Shown: positions 53,092 to 63,258 of the stretch, piece by piece | How positions within the stretch are numbered: position 1 is the stretch's first letter | Layout: each line of letters begins with the position of its first letter | DNA from: an uncultured Lachnospiraceae bacterium | GTDB taxonomy: Bacteria; Bacillota; Clostridia; Lachnospirales; CAG-274 | DNA length: 64,000 bases | Assembly (NCBI GenBank): GCA_964526435.1 | Contig: CAZGIC010000002.1 | Coordinates: 633 to 64,632, forward strand | Direction: 5' to 3' | Position numbers and translations under genes: made by a program | Notes under the pieces: model-generated | What the model saw: the letters and a program-made list of their open reading frames with translations, nothing else | What the model was told of the DNA's origin: nothing | The model's database searches: none

Positions 53092-54081
53092 TTATTGCTT
53101 AATTTCAGTTGAATCTCTTTCAATAACGCTGTAACCCATTTTTATTTCACGGCAGCCCTCTTCTGTACCTTTTATCATATTCATTAACAGACGAGCAGCT
53201 TCCATACCGCTTGATTTGTAATAAAAATGAAGAGAAGTAAGGTTAGGTTCCATTACTGTGCCTATTATATTATCCCCAATACCTGCAATCATTACATCAT
53301 CAGGTATTTTTCTTCCGGAATGTTTAATATATTTTGCGGCACCTGCGGCAATATTGTCAGTAGCACATACAATGCCTTCAATACCAATGCCACGGCTGAA
53401 AAGCTCTTTGCAGGCTTCATATCCTGCTTCAAGTGAAAATTCACATTGTATAATATATTTATCGTCATATTTTACGCCATTTTCAGCAAGGGCGGAAATA
53501 TAACCTTTTTTTCTTGAAAACCCTGCAGCCTTGTCTTTATCTGTAACTCCTATGTAGGCAATTTTTTTCTTTTTTCTAAGCAATACATTTGTAAGTGCTT
53601 TTGTGCCATTGTAATCGTCATTGTATACGCAGGAACAGCCATCAAGCCTTTGAGCAAGTATAACAAGGGGAATATTAAGCTCATTTATTAATTTTTTGTG
53701 TTTGTTTGTGAATATTGTTCCTATTAGTATAATGCCGTCTACAAAATTATCTTTAAATGTATTTATATATTTAAGTTCTTCTTTTTCGTCATTGGCTGTG
53801 TTTGCAAGTATAAGCTGAAAATTTTCTGCTGCAACAATGCTGCTTATTCCACTTATCATTTTTCCTATTGCATCGGAGTTGAGCCTTGGTATTATTACAC
53901 CTATAACATTTGTTTTCTTGGTACGGAGAGTTTGTGCCTGTGTAGAGGGTACATATCCTGTTTCTTCAATAACCTTCTTTATTATTTTCTTTTTTTCGGC
54001 ACTTACATAGCCGTTGTTGAGATACCTTGACACAGTGGCTCTTGAAACTCCTGCCATTTTTGCAATTTCATTTATTGTCAT
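53092..54081 (-). CDS. LacI-family transcriptional regulator
   Basis: HTH MTINEIAKMAGVSRATVSRYLNN plus a periplasmic-binding-protein-like sugar domain. I prefer the ATG at 54081 (GAAGGAA RBS) to the ATG at 54129. Confidence 0.85.
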   Translation of the reverse strand: MTINEIAKMAGVSRATVSRYLNNGYVSAEKKKIIKKVIEETGYVPSTQAQTLRTKKTNVIGVIIPRLNSDAIGKMISGISSIVAAENFQLILANTANDEKEELKYINTFKDNFVDGIILIGTIFTNKHKKLINELNIPLVILAQRLDGCSCVYNDDYNGTKALTNVLLRKKKKIAYIGVTDKDKAAGFSRKKGYISALAENGVKYDDKYIIQCEFSLEAGYEACKELFSRGIGIEGIVCATDNIAAGAAKYIKHSGRKIPDDVMIAGIGDNIIGTVMEPNLTSLHFYYKSSGMEAARLLMNMIKGTEEGCREIKMGYSVIERDSTEIKQ

Positions 54082-54170
54082 ATTGTATTCCTTCTTGTAT
54101 GTACCAATTGCATAAGGCGGATAAGTCAAAAATTAACCTATCCGTCAACTGAAATTCATATAATTAAGGT

Positions 54171-54644
54171 TTATTCGTTATCTTTGCTGTTAGAATTAAG
54201 TTCCTCTTTAACTTCATTTACTGCATCTTTAACTGTGTTTTTAACATTTGATGCTGCGTCTTTAGTGTCTTCTATTGTGGTTTTTACAGATTCTTTAATA
54301 TCATCGGCGGCTTCTTTTACTTCGTCAATAATATCTTCGGAAGAATCAATAATTACCTCGTCAACAAAGTCTGCATTTTTAGCTTTTGCTTTGTATTCCT
54401 GCATTTTTATTTTGCCTTTGCTGTATACATCTTCTCCTATTTCCTTTGCTTTGTCTGCGTATTTTTTTACAACAGGTTTTGCATCTTCAACTATTTCGCA
54501 TACTCGTTCCCTTACAGTTTCAATTACATCTCCGGCATCTATACTCTTTGTATCTTTGATTGTTTCCATAAGTTTAACAGCTTCGTCTACAGTTATTTTG
54601 CCGTCATTTACCATTTTAAGTATAGTCATTCTTTCCTTTTTCAT
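54171..54644 (-). CDS. Small Lys/Glu/Asp-rich protein with a SHOCT/LiaX-like N-terminal helix
   Basis: ILKMVNDGKITVDEAVKLMETI is followed by repetitive charged helices. The start is uncertain (54644, 54629 or 54665). Confidence 0.6.
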   Translation of the reverse strand: MKKERMTILKMVNDGKITVDEAVKLMETIKDTKSIDAGDVIETVRERVCEIVEDAKPVVKKYADKAKEIGEDVYSKGKIKMQEYKAKAKNADFVDEVIIDSSEDIIDEVKEAADDIKESVKTTIEDTKDAASNVKNTVKDAVNEVKEELNSNSKDNE

Positions 54645-54696
54645 TGTAAAAAACCTCTCTTTCATTTAGTTTTAGAATTTACAGTTTGCATATTTT

Positions 54697-55422
54697 TTAT
54701 TCAAAGCTTGTTAAATCCCTTTCTATTGTTTTTCTGACTGTTTCGGGAAGCTGGGCAATTTCTTCTTTTGAAAGTGATGTAACATCAATTGGCGGATGAA
54801 TATATAAATTAACTGTTACAGGTTTTATTCTGTAGTTATTTGCCTCCATAATATTTCTTGTTCCGTCAATTGTTAAAGGGACAATGGGGCATTTGCTTTT
54901 TGTTGCAAGTTTAAAGCTTCCGCCTTTGAATTCTCCCAGCTTTCCTGTTTTGCTTCTTGTACCTTCAGGGAAGATAACCATATTGATCCCGTTTTTAAGC
55001 TGTTTTATGCCATCAATAATTATCTGAGCTGACTGTTTAATGTCACTGCGATCCATAAAAAGGCAGTGTATTCTTTTCATCCATTGATTTATAAAAGGAA
55101 GTTTTTCAAGCTCCACTTTTGCTACAAATGCTTTTGGAACGGGAAGATATGCCAAAAGCAAAAGTATATCGAAATTACTCTGATGATTTGAAACAAAGAG
55201 AATGCTCGTATCCTTTGGCAGATTTTCTATGCCATAAACATTTACCTTAGCTCCCGAATCTTTCATTCTGTCCATTGCCCAGTCTGATACTCTTTTTGTG
55301 ACAAAGTCCTCATATTCTTCATTTTTCCCTTCTTCAAGAAACTTATCTGCCTTTTTAAGTTTACTTTTGTTAATGACAAGGGAGCCTATTAACTTAACAT
55401 ACCATTTTATTGTTCTAAACAT
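54697..55422 (-). CDS. plsC: 1-acyl-sn-glycerol-3-phosphate acyltransferase
   Basis: Motifs VSNHQSNFD (HX4D) and FPEGTRS. Confidence 0.85.
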   Translation of the reverse strand: MFRTIKWYVKLIGSLVINKSKLKKADKFLEEGKNEEYEDFVTKRVSDWAMDRMKDSGAKVNVYGIENLPKDTSILFVSNHQSNFDILLLLAYLPVPKAFVAKVELEKLPFINQWMKRIHCLFMDRSDIKQSAQIIIDGIKQLKNGINMVIFPEGTRSKTGKLGEFKGGSFKLATKSKCPIVPLTIDGTRNIMEANNYRIKPVTVNLYIHPPIDVTSLSKEEIAQLPETVRKTIERDLTSFE

Positions 55423-55549
55423 ATTTAAACTCCTTCAAAAAACACTTTTTTAATTCACCAAAATATGTTAATATATACTTAGTTATTAATTTATGATTTA
55501 ATTATACAATAGATTTATTAAAATTTAAAGTTTTTTTGGAGATAAATTT

Positions 55550-56878
55550 ATGAAAGAGAGAGAAATTGCCCTTTTTGTGCTTATGGACATATTTGAAGAG
55601 GGTGCTTATAATAATATAATATTAAGAAAAACACTGAATAAGCACAGTGAACTTACTTCTGTTCAGAGGGCTTTTGTTACAGAGCTTGTAAACGGAACAC
55701 TGAGGAATCTTATAAATATTGACTATGTTATAAACAGTTTTTCTAAAACTAAAACGGATAAAATGAAGCCTTTTATTTTAAATAATTTAAGGGTTGCTGT
55801 TTATCAGATACTTTATATGGATAAAATTCCTGTATCGGCTGCATGTAATGAGGCTGTTATGCTTGCAAAAAAGAGAAGTTTTTCTTCTCTTTCAGGTTTT
55901 GTAAACGGAGTTCTCAGAAATATTGCAAGGAACAGGGATAATATTGAATATCCAAAAGATAAAACAAAAGCTCTTGCACTTAAATACTCTTATCCGGAAT
56001 GGCTTATAAAATACTGGCTTAAGGAAATGTCCTTTGAGGAGGCAGAAAAAGTTTGTGCTTCATTTGCACAGCCCCCAAGGCTAAGTGTGTGTGTAAATAC
56101 AACAAAGGTAAGTAAAAATGAATTAAAGAATAAATTTTCAGATGAGGGCATTGCTGTAGACAGTGATACACTTCTTGACAACAGCCTGTATATTTACAGA
56201 ACAAGCAATATAGCTGAAAGCATGTGCTATAAAGAAGGGCTTTTTCATATAATGGATGAGAGCTCTATGCTTGCTGTTAAAATTTTGGCACCTTTAAAAA
56301 ATTCCCTTGTGGTTGATGTGTGTTCAGCTCCGGGAGGAAAGAGCTTTGCTATAGCTGAATATATGGACGATTCTGGACAGGTTCGTTCAAGGGACGTTTA
56401 TGAACATAAAATCAAGCTTATTGAGGAAGGAGCAGAACGTCTGGGACTTAAATCAATAAAAACCGAGCTTAAAGATGCCTCAGAAGCTGATATGGAACTG
56501 AAAGCAGATTATGTACTTGTGGATGCTCCATGTTCAGGTTTGGGACTTGTAAGAAAAAAGCCTGATATTAAATATAACAAAGTTTATGAGGATATTGAAG
56601 AGCTTTCAGCTTTACAGAGGAAAATCCTTGCAGCATCATCTGTTATGGTGAAGGAAGGAGGAATACTTGTGTATTCCACATGTACAATATCACATAAGGA
56701 AAACATTGAAAATGTAAAGTGGTTTTGCAGAGAATACGGATTTACTCCGGAGGATATAAGAAAGTATCTTCCTGAAAATATGAAATGTGATACAGCAGAA
56801 AAGGGTTATATACAGCTTTTGCCTTATGAATATGGAACAGACGGATTTTTTATAGCAAGGATGAGAAAAAATGGATAA
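55550..56878 (+). CDS. rsmB: 16S rRNA (cytosine967-C5)-methyltransferase
   Basis: NusB-like N-terminus, VDVCSAPGGKS and TCT motifs. Confidence 0.9.
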   Translation: MKEREIALFVLMDIFEEGAYNNIILRKTLNKHSELTSVQRAFVTELVNGTLRNLINIDYVINSFSKTKTDKMKPFILNNLRVAVYQILYMDKIPVSAACNEAVMLAKKRSFSSLSGFVNGVLRNIARNRDNIEYPKDKTKALALKYSYPEWLIKYWLKEMSFEEAEKVCASFAQPPRLSVCVNTTKVSKNELKNKFSDEGIAVDSDTLLDNSLYIYRTSNIAESMCYKEGLFHIMDESSMLAVKILAPLKNSLVVDVCSAPGGKSFAIAEYMDDSGQVRSRDVYEHKIKLIEEGAERLGLKSIKTELKDASEADMELKADYVLVDAPCSGLGLVRKKPDIKYNKVYEDIEELSALQRKILAASSVMVKEGGILVYSTCTISHKENIENVKWFCREYGFTPEDIRKYLPENMKCDTAEKGYIQLLPYEYGTDGFFIARMRKNG

Positions 56879-57920
56879 AAGAGATTTGCGTTCATTTACA
56901 CTTGAAAAACTTACAGAGGAAATGAAAAGCCTTGGAGAAAAAAACTTCAGAGCAAAACAAATATACAGCTGGCTACATCAGAAACAGGTGACATCATTTG
57001 ATGATATGACAAATCTTTCTAAGGACCTTCGTAAGAAACTTGAAGAAAATTATACATTAAAAAATTTAAAAATAGTTGAAAAACTTGTGTCAATGGAGGA
57101 TAATACTAGTAAGTATCTTTTTGAACTTGAGGATAATATAGTTATAGAAAGTGTGCTTATGAAATATTCTTACGGAAATGCTGTTTGTATATCATCTCAG
57201 GCGGGGTGCAGAATGGGCTGTACATTTTGTGCTTCGACTATAGGGGGACTGGAAAGAAATCTTCTCCCGGGAGAAATGGCGGAGCAGATATATGAAATAC
57301 AGAGAGATACAGGAGAAAGGGTTTCTAATGTTGTAATAATGGGAAGCGGAGAACCTCTTGATAATTATGACAATGTTATGGATTTTCTTGAAATAATACA
57401 TTCAAAAGAGGGAAATAATTTAAGTCACAGACATATAACTCTTTCAACCTGCGGTATTGTTGATAAAATATATGAGCTTGCAGATGAAAAGCTGCAGATT
57501 ACACTGGCAATTTCTCTCCATGCACCCAATAATGAAATAAGACAGAATACAATGCCTGTGGCAAGAAAGTATGACTATGATTCTCTGATAAAGGCAGCAA
57601 AACATTATGCCGACACAACAAAAAGGCGTGTAACATTTGAATATGCCCTTATAAAAGGTGTAAATGATGGAGAGGACAATGCAAGGGAACTTGCATCAAG
57701 GCTTAAGGGTTTGATGTGCCATGTGAATCTTATACCTGTAAATGATGTTAAGGAAAACAACTATATAAGAAGTACAGAGGAAAACATTAAAAGCTTTGCT
57801 CAAACATTACAGAAGCTTGGAATTGAAACTACCATAAGAAGGAAGCTTGGCAGTGACATAAATGCTGCCTGCGGACAACTTAGAAAAAGTTATAGAGAGA
57901 AAATGGTAAAGGAGGAATAA
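56871..57920 (+). CDS. rlmN: 23S rRNA/tRNA (adenine-C2)-methyltransferase (radical SAM)
   Basis: Motifs SSQAGCRMGCTFCAS and a C-terminal AACGQL. Confidence 0.9.
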   Translation: MDKRDLRSFTLEKLTEEMKSLGEKNFRAKQIYSWLHQKQVTSFDDMTNLSKDLRKKLEENYTLKNLKIVEKLVSMEDNTSKYLFELEDNIVIESVLMKYSYGNAVCISSQAGCRMGCTFCASTIGGLERNLLPGEMAEQIYEIQRDTGERVSNVVIMGSGEPLDNYDNVMDFLEIIHSKEGNNLSHRHITLSTCGIVDKIYELADEKLQITLAISLHAPNNEIRQNTMPVARKYDYDSLIKAAKHYADTTKRRVTFEYALIKGVNDGEDNARELASRLKGLMCHVNLIPVNDVKENNYIRSTEENIKSFAQTLQKLGIETTIRRKLGSDINAACGQLRKSYREKMVKEE

Positions 57921-57921
57921 T

Positions 57922-58656
57922 ATGTTTGGTTTTGGAAGAACCGATATAGGTCTGCTGCGACCTAAAAACGAGGATTCTATATATGTATCAAATGAGCCTG
58001 TAGGCAAACTCTCTAATCTGTACATAGTTGCTGATGGTATGGGAGGACATAAAGCCGGACAGGTTGCAAGCAATACTGCTATTGAAGCTTTTATTGCCTA
58101 TCTCAGTAAATATCAGCCCGACAGTACAGAAGAGCCTCTTGATATGCTTATCGGTGGTATAAATATGGCAAATGAGGCTGTTTACAGACTTGGCTGTTCA
58201 TATGAAGAGTATGGAGATATGGGTACTACTATGGTGACTGCAACAATTGCAGGTGACAATGTGTATATTGCCCATGTAGGGGATTCAAGGCTTTACAGAA
58301 TAACTGATGGCAGAATTGATCAGGTGACAAATGACCATTCACTTGTGGCTGAAATGGTTAAGGCAGGACATATAACTGAGGAAGAGGCAAGGGTGCATCC
58401 TCAGAGAAACTGTATAACAAGGGCTGTAGGAACTGACAGATATGTTGTAAGTGACGGTCATATAGTTAGAGTTAAAGAAAATGATACAATATTAATGTGC
58501 AGTGACGGACTTAATACAATGCTTGAGGACAGAGAAATACTTGACCTGGCAGGAAACAGATCCATTGGTATTGAGGACAGAGTTAATATGCTTATAGATG
58601 CTGCAAACAACAATGGCGGGAAAGACAACATATCTGCCATTGTAATCGATATTTAA
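57922..58656 (+). CDS. prpC: PP2C-family Ser/Thr phosphatase
   Basis: Motifs VADGMGGH, GTT, CSDGL and DNIS. Confidence 0.9.
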   Translation: MFGFGRTDIGLLRPKNEDSIYVSNEPVGKLSNLYIVADGMGGHKAGQVASNTAIEAFIAYLSKYQPDSTEEPLDMLIGGINMANEAVYRLGCSYEEYGDMGTTMVTATIAGDNVYIAHVGDSRLYRITDGRIDQVTNDHSLVAEMVKAGHITEEEARVHPQRNCITRAVGTDRYVVSDGHIVRVKENDTILMCSDGLNTMLEDREILDLAGNRSIGIEDRVNMLIDAANNNGGKDNISAIVIDI

Positions 58657-58670
58657 AGGAGGTGTTGCCG

Positions 58671-60647
58671 ATGGTACTTGAAAATGGATGTGTTGTAAGT
58701 GAAAGATATAAAATTCTTGGAGTAATAGGCAAAGGCGGTATGGCCATTGTCTATAAAGCAAATGACCTTAAGCTTGGGAGAGATGTTACATTTAAAGTTT
58801 TAAAGTCTGATTTTATTGAAGATGAGGCTTTTATAAGCAGATTCAGTACAGAAGCAAGAGCGGCAGCACAGCTTGCTCATACAAATATTGTAAATGTTTA
58901 TGATGTAGGCAATGACGGGGATATATATTACATTGTAATGGAATATATAGACGGTTATACTCTTAAGGAGCTTATATATAAAAATGCTCCTCTTGATAAC
59001 AGACTTGCATGTGATATTGCTATGCAGATTGCAGCAGGTCTTGAAAATGCCCATGCACATGGGGTAATACACAGAGATATAAAGCCTGAAAATATATTGC
59101 TTTCCAAAATAGGAGGAAAGCTTACTGCAAAGGTAACGGACTTTGGTATAGCAAAGGCAAGCAGCATTGAAAATACACAGGGCGATTATATGGGCTCTGT
59201 ACATTACTTTTCACCTGAGCAGGCAAAGGGTGAAAATGTGGATCAGAGAAGTGATATATATTCACTTGGTATAGTGCTTTATGAAATGGTTACAGGCACA
59301 ATTCCTTTTGAGGGAGAATCTGCTCTTGACCTGGCTATGAAGCATATTAAGTCACCTATTCCTGACCCGAGAATGGTAAATCCTGAAGTTGCTCCGGAAA
59401 TAATTGAAATTATTAAAAAGGCATGTGCAAAGGAACCTAAAAACAGGTATCAGAGTGCAAGATCTATGGGGCAAGCCTTAAAAAATGTCTATGAAAATAA
59501 GGGTGTTGCAGATACAGGCAAAAAGAAAAATAAGGGAGCTAAAAAACCTATTCCTGAAATTGACGATGTTTTTGAAGAAGATGAGGAAACTCTTGAAATT
59601 AAAAGGCGGGAACGCAATGTAATAATTACAGCTGTGATAACAGGTTTACTTATTATATTGCTTATATCGGTGGGGGGAAGCATATTGAAAAATACCCTCT
59701 ATGGTGATACAATAAAGGTGCCGAATTTTGTAGGTATGACTTATGAAAAGGCTTGTGAGCTAGCTGAAAAAAAGGGACTTACAATTGAGAGAAAAGAAGT
59801 ATATCAGGCTGATGTTGAAGCAGGCTGTGTTGCACAGCAGACTCCTGAAAAGGGAGAAAGAGTAAATCCGGGAGATGTTGTTGTGCTGTATGTAAGCTAT
59901 GGTTCAGGAGATATAGAGGTACCTGATATAGTAGGTATGAGAAAGTCAAAGGGTGAGGAAACTCTTGAAGAACTGGGACTTTTAATGGGAGATGTGGATT
60001 ATGAAAACAGTGACAGACCTGTTGGTGAAATTATTGAACAGGATCCCGAAGAAGGAGAAATGGTAAGTGCCAATACAAGAATAAATGTAAAGGTAAGTCA
60101 GGGTTCTGTAGATGAGGAAGTACAGGTGCCTGACCTTAAGCTTAAAACCCAGGAAGAAGTGTCAGAGATACTTGATGAGCTTGGATTAAACGGAAAGTTT
60201 ATTGACGGTTACAGCGACACTGTTCCGGAAGGACAGGTAATTGACCAGGGAATAGCAGCAAACACCTTTGTACCTATAGGCAGTCAGGTTACTGTTACAA
60301 TAAGCCGCGGAGAAAGAACTGATACAACAGAGACTACAACAAGTGTACCGGCTATTATAGATATAGAAGAGCCTACTACAGAAACAACAACAGAGACTAC
60401 TACTGAAGTTGTTACAGAAGCTTCAGGAAGTACATCAGTAAGTATTCCTGTAAATCCTGACAGTTCAATACTTACGGATTCAAACAGTGTTGTGGTTACG
60501 GCTAAGAAAAACGGAACAGAAGTAACATTAAAGGAATATACTTTAGGAAAAGATGAATTCCCCTTTACGGTCAATGATACTTCAGACGGAAATACAGAGT
60601 ATACAGTAACAGTAAACGGCAATGTAATATACAGTGAGATACAGTAA
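58671..60647 (+). CDS. prkC: Ser/Thr protein kinase with three PASTA domains and an extra C-terminal module
   Basis: Kinase motifs GKGGMAIVYKA, HRDIKPEN and DFG. One TM segment is followed by three PASTA repeats, a TTETTTE linker and a ~70-aa tail. The ATG at 58671 lies 8 nt after AAGGAGG. Confidence 0.9.
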   Translation: MVLENGCVVSERYKILGVIGKGGMAIVYKANDLKLGRDVTFKVLKSDFIEDEAFISRFSTEARAAAQLAHTNIVNVYDVGNDGDIYYIVMEYIDGYTLKELIYKNAPLDNRLACDIAMQIAAGLENAHAHGVIHRDIKPENILLSKIGGKLTAKVTDFGIAKASSIENTQGDYMGSVHYFSPEQAKGENVDQRSDIYSLGIVLYEMVTGTIPFEGESALDLAMKHIKSPIPDPRMVNPEVAPEIIEIIKKACAKEPKNRYQSARSMGQALKNVYENKGVADTGKKKNKGAKKPIPEIDDVFEEDEETLEIKRRERNVIITAVITGLLIILLISVGGSILKNTLYGDTIKVPNFVGMTYEKACELAEKKGLTIERKEVYQADVEAGCVAQQTPEKGERVNPGDVVVLYVSYGSGDIEVPDIVGMRKSKGEETLEELGLLMGDVDYENSDRPVGEIIEQDPEEGEMVSANTRINVKVSQGSVDEEVQVPDLKLKTQEEVSEILDELGLNGKFIDGYSDTVPEGQVIDQGIAANTFVPIGSQVTVTISRGERTDTTETTTSVPAIIDIEEPTTETTTETTTEVVTEASGSTSVSIPVNPDSSILTDSNSVVVTAKKNGTEVTLKEYTLGKDEFPFTVNDTSDGNTEYTVTVNGNVIYSEIQ

Positions 60648-60648
60648 T

Positions 60649-61512
60649 ATGACAGGAAGAATAATAAGAGGCGTTGGCGGACTATATTATGTAGCCGCCA
60701 ACGATAATGTGTATGAGTGCAGTGCCAGAGGCAGATTCAGAAAGGCTAAAATTGTGCCTACAGTGGGAGATTTTGCAGAATTTACAATACTTGATGAAAA
60801 TGCCAAAAAAGGTGCTCTTGATAAAATAGAAAAAAGAAAGAACTCTCTTGTAAGACCAAGAATAGCAAACATTGATACGGCTGTAATCACTTTTGCGGCA
60901 GCAAGTCCGGATATAAATATGGATCTGCTTGACAGATTTCTTATACTTGCAGAAACCCAGAATATACCTAATATTGTAATATGTATAAATAAGTCCGATC
61001 TTGCAGATGAGCATATAAAAAATGACATTATGAGAATATATGGAAATATTTATACTGTTGTTTATGTTTCAGCAGCAAAGGTTCTTGGCATTGATGAACT
61101 TAAAAAAGCGGTAAAAGGAGTGACTGTATTTGCAGGACCTTCAGGTGTGGGAAAGACAAGCCTTATTAATGAACTAATTCCCCACAGCAACAGGCAGACA
61201 GGAGAAATAAGCAGAAAAATTGAAAGAGGTAAGCATACCACAAGACAAGTTGAGCTTATTCATATGGATGGTAATGTTTATATAGCGGATACTCCCGGCT
61301 TTACATCGCTTTCACTTGACTTTATTAAAACAGAGGATTTACAGCATTATTTCAGGGAATTTGAGCCTTATCTGGGAAGATGCCGATTTACGGATTGTGC
61401 TCACATAGCAGAGCCGGATTGTAAGATCAAGGAACATATAGGGGAAAGTATTTCAAAAGAAAGATACGACAGATTTGTATATTTATACAATGAGATGAAA
61501 CAAAGGAGATAA
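60649..61512 (+). CDS. rsgA: Ribosome small-subunit-dependent GTPase A
   Basis: Motifs INKSDL, GPSGVGKTSLIN and the C-terminal zinc cluster CRFTDCAHIAEPDC. Confidence 0.9.
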   Translation: MTGRIIRGVGGLYYVAANDNVYECSARGRFRKAKIVPTVGDFAEFTILDENAKKGALDKIEKRKNSLVRPRIANIDTAVITFAAASPDINMDLLDRFLILAETQNIPNIVICINKSDLADEHIKNDIMRIYGNIYTVVYVSAAKVLGIDELKKAVKGVTVFAGPSGVGKTSLINELIPHSNRQTGEISRKIERGKHTTRQVELIHMDGNVYIADTPGFTSLSLDFIKTEDLQHYFREFEPYLGRCRFTDCAHIAEPDCKIKEHIGESISKERYDRFVYLYNEMKQRR

Positions 61513-61516
61513 AATT

Positions 61517-62185
61517 ATGGATTATATATTGTCACCGTCACTGCTTTCAGCTGATTTTACAAGACTTGACAGGGAAATAAAAATATGTGAGGAAAACAAT
61601 GTAACCTATCTGCATGTAGATGTTATGGATGGTATGTTTGTGCCAAATATTTCAATTGGAATTCCCGTTGTAAAAAGCATAAGACAGATAACAGACCTTG
61701 TCCTTGATGTACATTTGATGATAGTAAAGCCTGAAAGATATATAGAAGCTTTTGCAGAGGCAGGTTCAGACATTATTAATATACATTATGAAGCAACAGA
61801 GGACTGTGTGCCCGTTCTTAAGAAAATAAAAAGTCTTGGCAAAAGGGCGGCAGTTACAATTAAGCCAAAAACAAATTATAAGGAAGTTCTTCACCTTGCA
61901 GATTATGTGGATATGTTTCTTGTAATGAGTGTTGAGCCTGGATTCGGCGGACAGAGTTTTATTGAATCTACTCTTAAAAATGTGGAAGGACTGGCTGAAT
62001 ACAAGGCATCAAAGGGTTATGAATACGACATTGAAATTGACGGAGGCATAAACATTGATAATGTTACACGTCCTCTTGATGCAGGGGCAAATATAATTGT
62101 GGCAGGTTCCGCAATATTCGGCAAAGACAATACAGAAGAAAAAATTAAGAAATTTAACGAAATAATGAGCAGATACAAAGGATAA
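61517..62185 (+). CDS. rpe: Ribulose-phosphate 3-epimerase
   Basis: Motifs LSADF, LHVDVMDGMFVPN and VEPGFGGQ. Confidence 0.9.
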   Translation: MDYILSPSLLSADFTRLDREIKICEENNVTYLHVDVMDGMFVPNISIGIPVVKSIRQITDLVLDVHLMIVKPERYIEAFAEAGSDIINIHYEATEDCVPVLKKIKSLGKRAAVTIKPKTNYKEVLHLADYVDMFLVMSVEPGFGGQSFIESTLKNVEGLAEYKASKGYEYDIEIDGGINIDNVTRPLDAGANIIVAGSAIFGKDNTEEKIKKFNEIMSRYKG

Positions 62186-62208
62186 TATGCTTGTAATATG
62201 AGGTAGAT

Positions 62209-62841
62209 ATGAGAACTATAATTATCGGTAACGGCGAAATCAATGATTATGAATTAATAAGAGAATATTTTGATGAGGCATACATAATAGCCTGTGACGG
62301 AGGGCTGAGACATTGCAGGGCTATGATGATACAGCCCAATGTTATGCTGGGGGATTTTGATTCTGCTCATAGGGAGGATATTGAGTTTTTCTATAATATG
62401 GGTGTACTTATGGAAGAATATCCTGTAAAAAAAGATAAGACCGATATGGAAATTGCCATTGATATGGCTATAGAGAGAGAGACTGATGAAATTTACATAG
62501 TAGGAGGACTGGGCAAAAGGTTTGATCACAGTCTTGCCAACGTACATATACTTTTAAGACCTGTAAGGCTTGGAATAAGGGCATGTCTTCTTGATGAAAA
62601 CAATATTATAACTCTTGTTGAGGACAGCGTTGATATTGTGGGAGAAGAAGGGCAGACGGTTTCCCTGATTCCTCTTACAACAAGGGTAAAGGGAATCTGT
62701 ACAAAACATATGGAATATGAATTAAAAAATGCTGAAATGGAAATAGGAAGTTCCCTTGGAGTGAGCAATGTTATGAAAGAAGAAGTTGCTACAGTTTCTG
62801 TTGAAGAGGGAACGCTCATATTAATTATGTCAAGAGATTAA
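62209..62841 (+). CDS. thiN: Thiamine diphosphokinase
   Basis: Motifs ACDGG, GDFDS, KDKTDME and GGLGKRFDH. Confidence 0.85.
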   Translation: MRTIIIGNGEINDYELIREYFDEAYIIACDGGLRHCRAMMIQPNVMLGDFDSAHREDIEFFYNMGVLMEEYPVKKDKTDMEIAIDMAIERETDEIYIVGGLGKRFDHSLANVHILLRPVRLGIRACLLDENNIITLVEDSVDIVGEEGQTVSLIPLTTRVKGICTKHMEYELKNAEMEIGSSLGVSNVMKEEVATVSVEEGTLILIMSRD

Positions 62842-62887
62842 ACTAAACTGCATAGAAATATATATATAGTGCAGGGAAGTTTATGTA

Positions 62888-63031
62888 ATGAGATTTTGTG
62901 ATGTTAAAAAATATTTCATTGGTATTTTTCTTATAGGCATAGGTATAGGTATTATAATTTCCATGATGTGGGGAATGGGGTGTATATGTGCCCTTGCTTT
63001 TATATGTGCAGGGATATGGAGGATTTTTTAA
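62888..63031 (+). CDS. Possible 47-aa hydrophobic membrane peptide
   Basis: Product MRFCDVKKYFIGIFLIGIGIGIIISMMWGMGCICALAFICAGIWRIF. There is a weak AGGGAAG RBS and a 16-bp hairpin follows. Confidence 0.3.
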   Translation: MRFCDVKKYFIGIFLIGIGIGIIISMMWGMGCICALAFICAGIWRIF

Positions 63032-63041
63032 AAAGACCTGG

Positions 63042-63077
63042 GGCTGCTGTAAAATATGCAAATATTTTGCAGCAGCC
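63042..63077 (+). terminator. Hairpin terminator after thiN and the small ORF
   Basis: GGCTGCTGTAAAATAT-GCAA-ATATTTTGCAGCAGCC with a weak T tail. Confidence 0.5.
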
Positions 63078-63199
63078 TCTTTGGATTAGAGGGACTGAGA
63101 AATTTTATTAAATTTTCCTTTCTGTATACTCCATAAAAAACAAAATGTTGTAACAAATGAAATATTAAACACAGAATTTTATTTCAGCTGCATAAACCA

Positions 63200-63228
63200 T
63201 TGAAAAATGTCCCTTAATAGGTTAAAAT
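63200..63228 (+). promoter_or_regulatory. Candidate sigma-A promoter
   Basis: TTGAAA (63200-63205), 17-nt spacer, TAAAAT (63223-63228). Confidence 0.4.
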
Positions 63229-63258
63229 GTATATAAGAATAATTCAGGAGGAAGAATA

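Noticed and set aside
54184-54669. 161-aa plus-strand ORF that mirrors the 54171-54665 gene.
   Set aside because: It is a Ser/Leu/Thr-rich antisense translation of a Lys/Glu/Asp-rich gene. The minus-strand product has a recognisable SHOCT/LiaX-like N-terminal helix and an RBS. The plus-strand ORF has neither.
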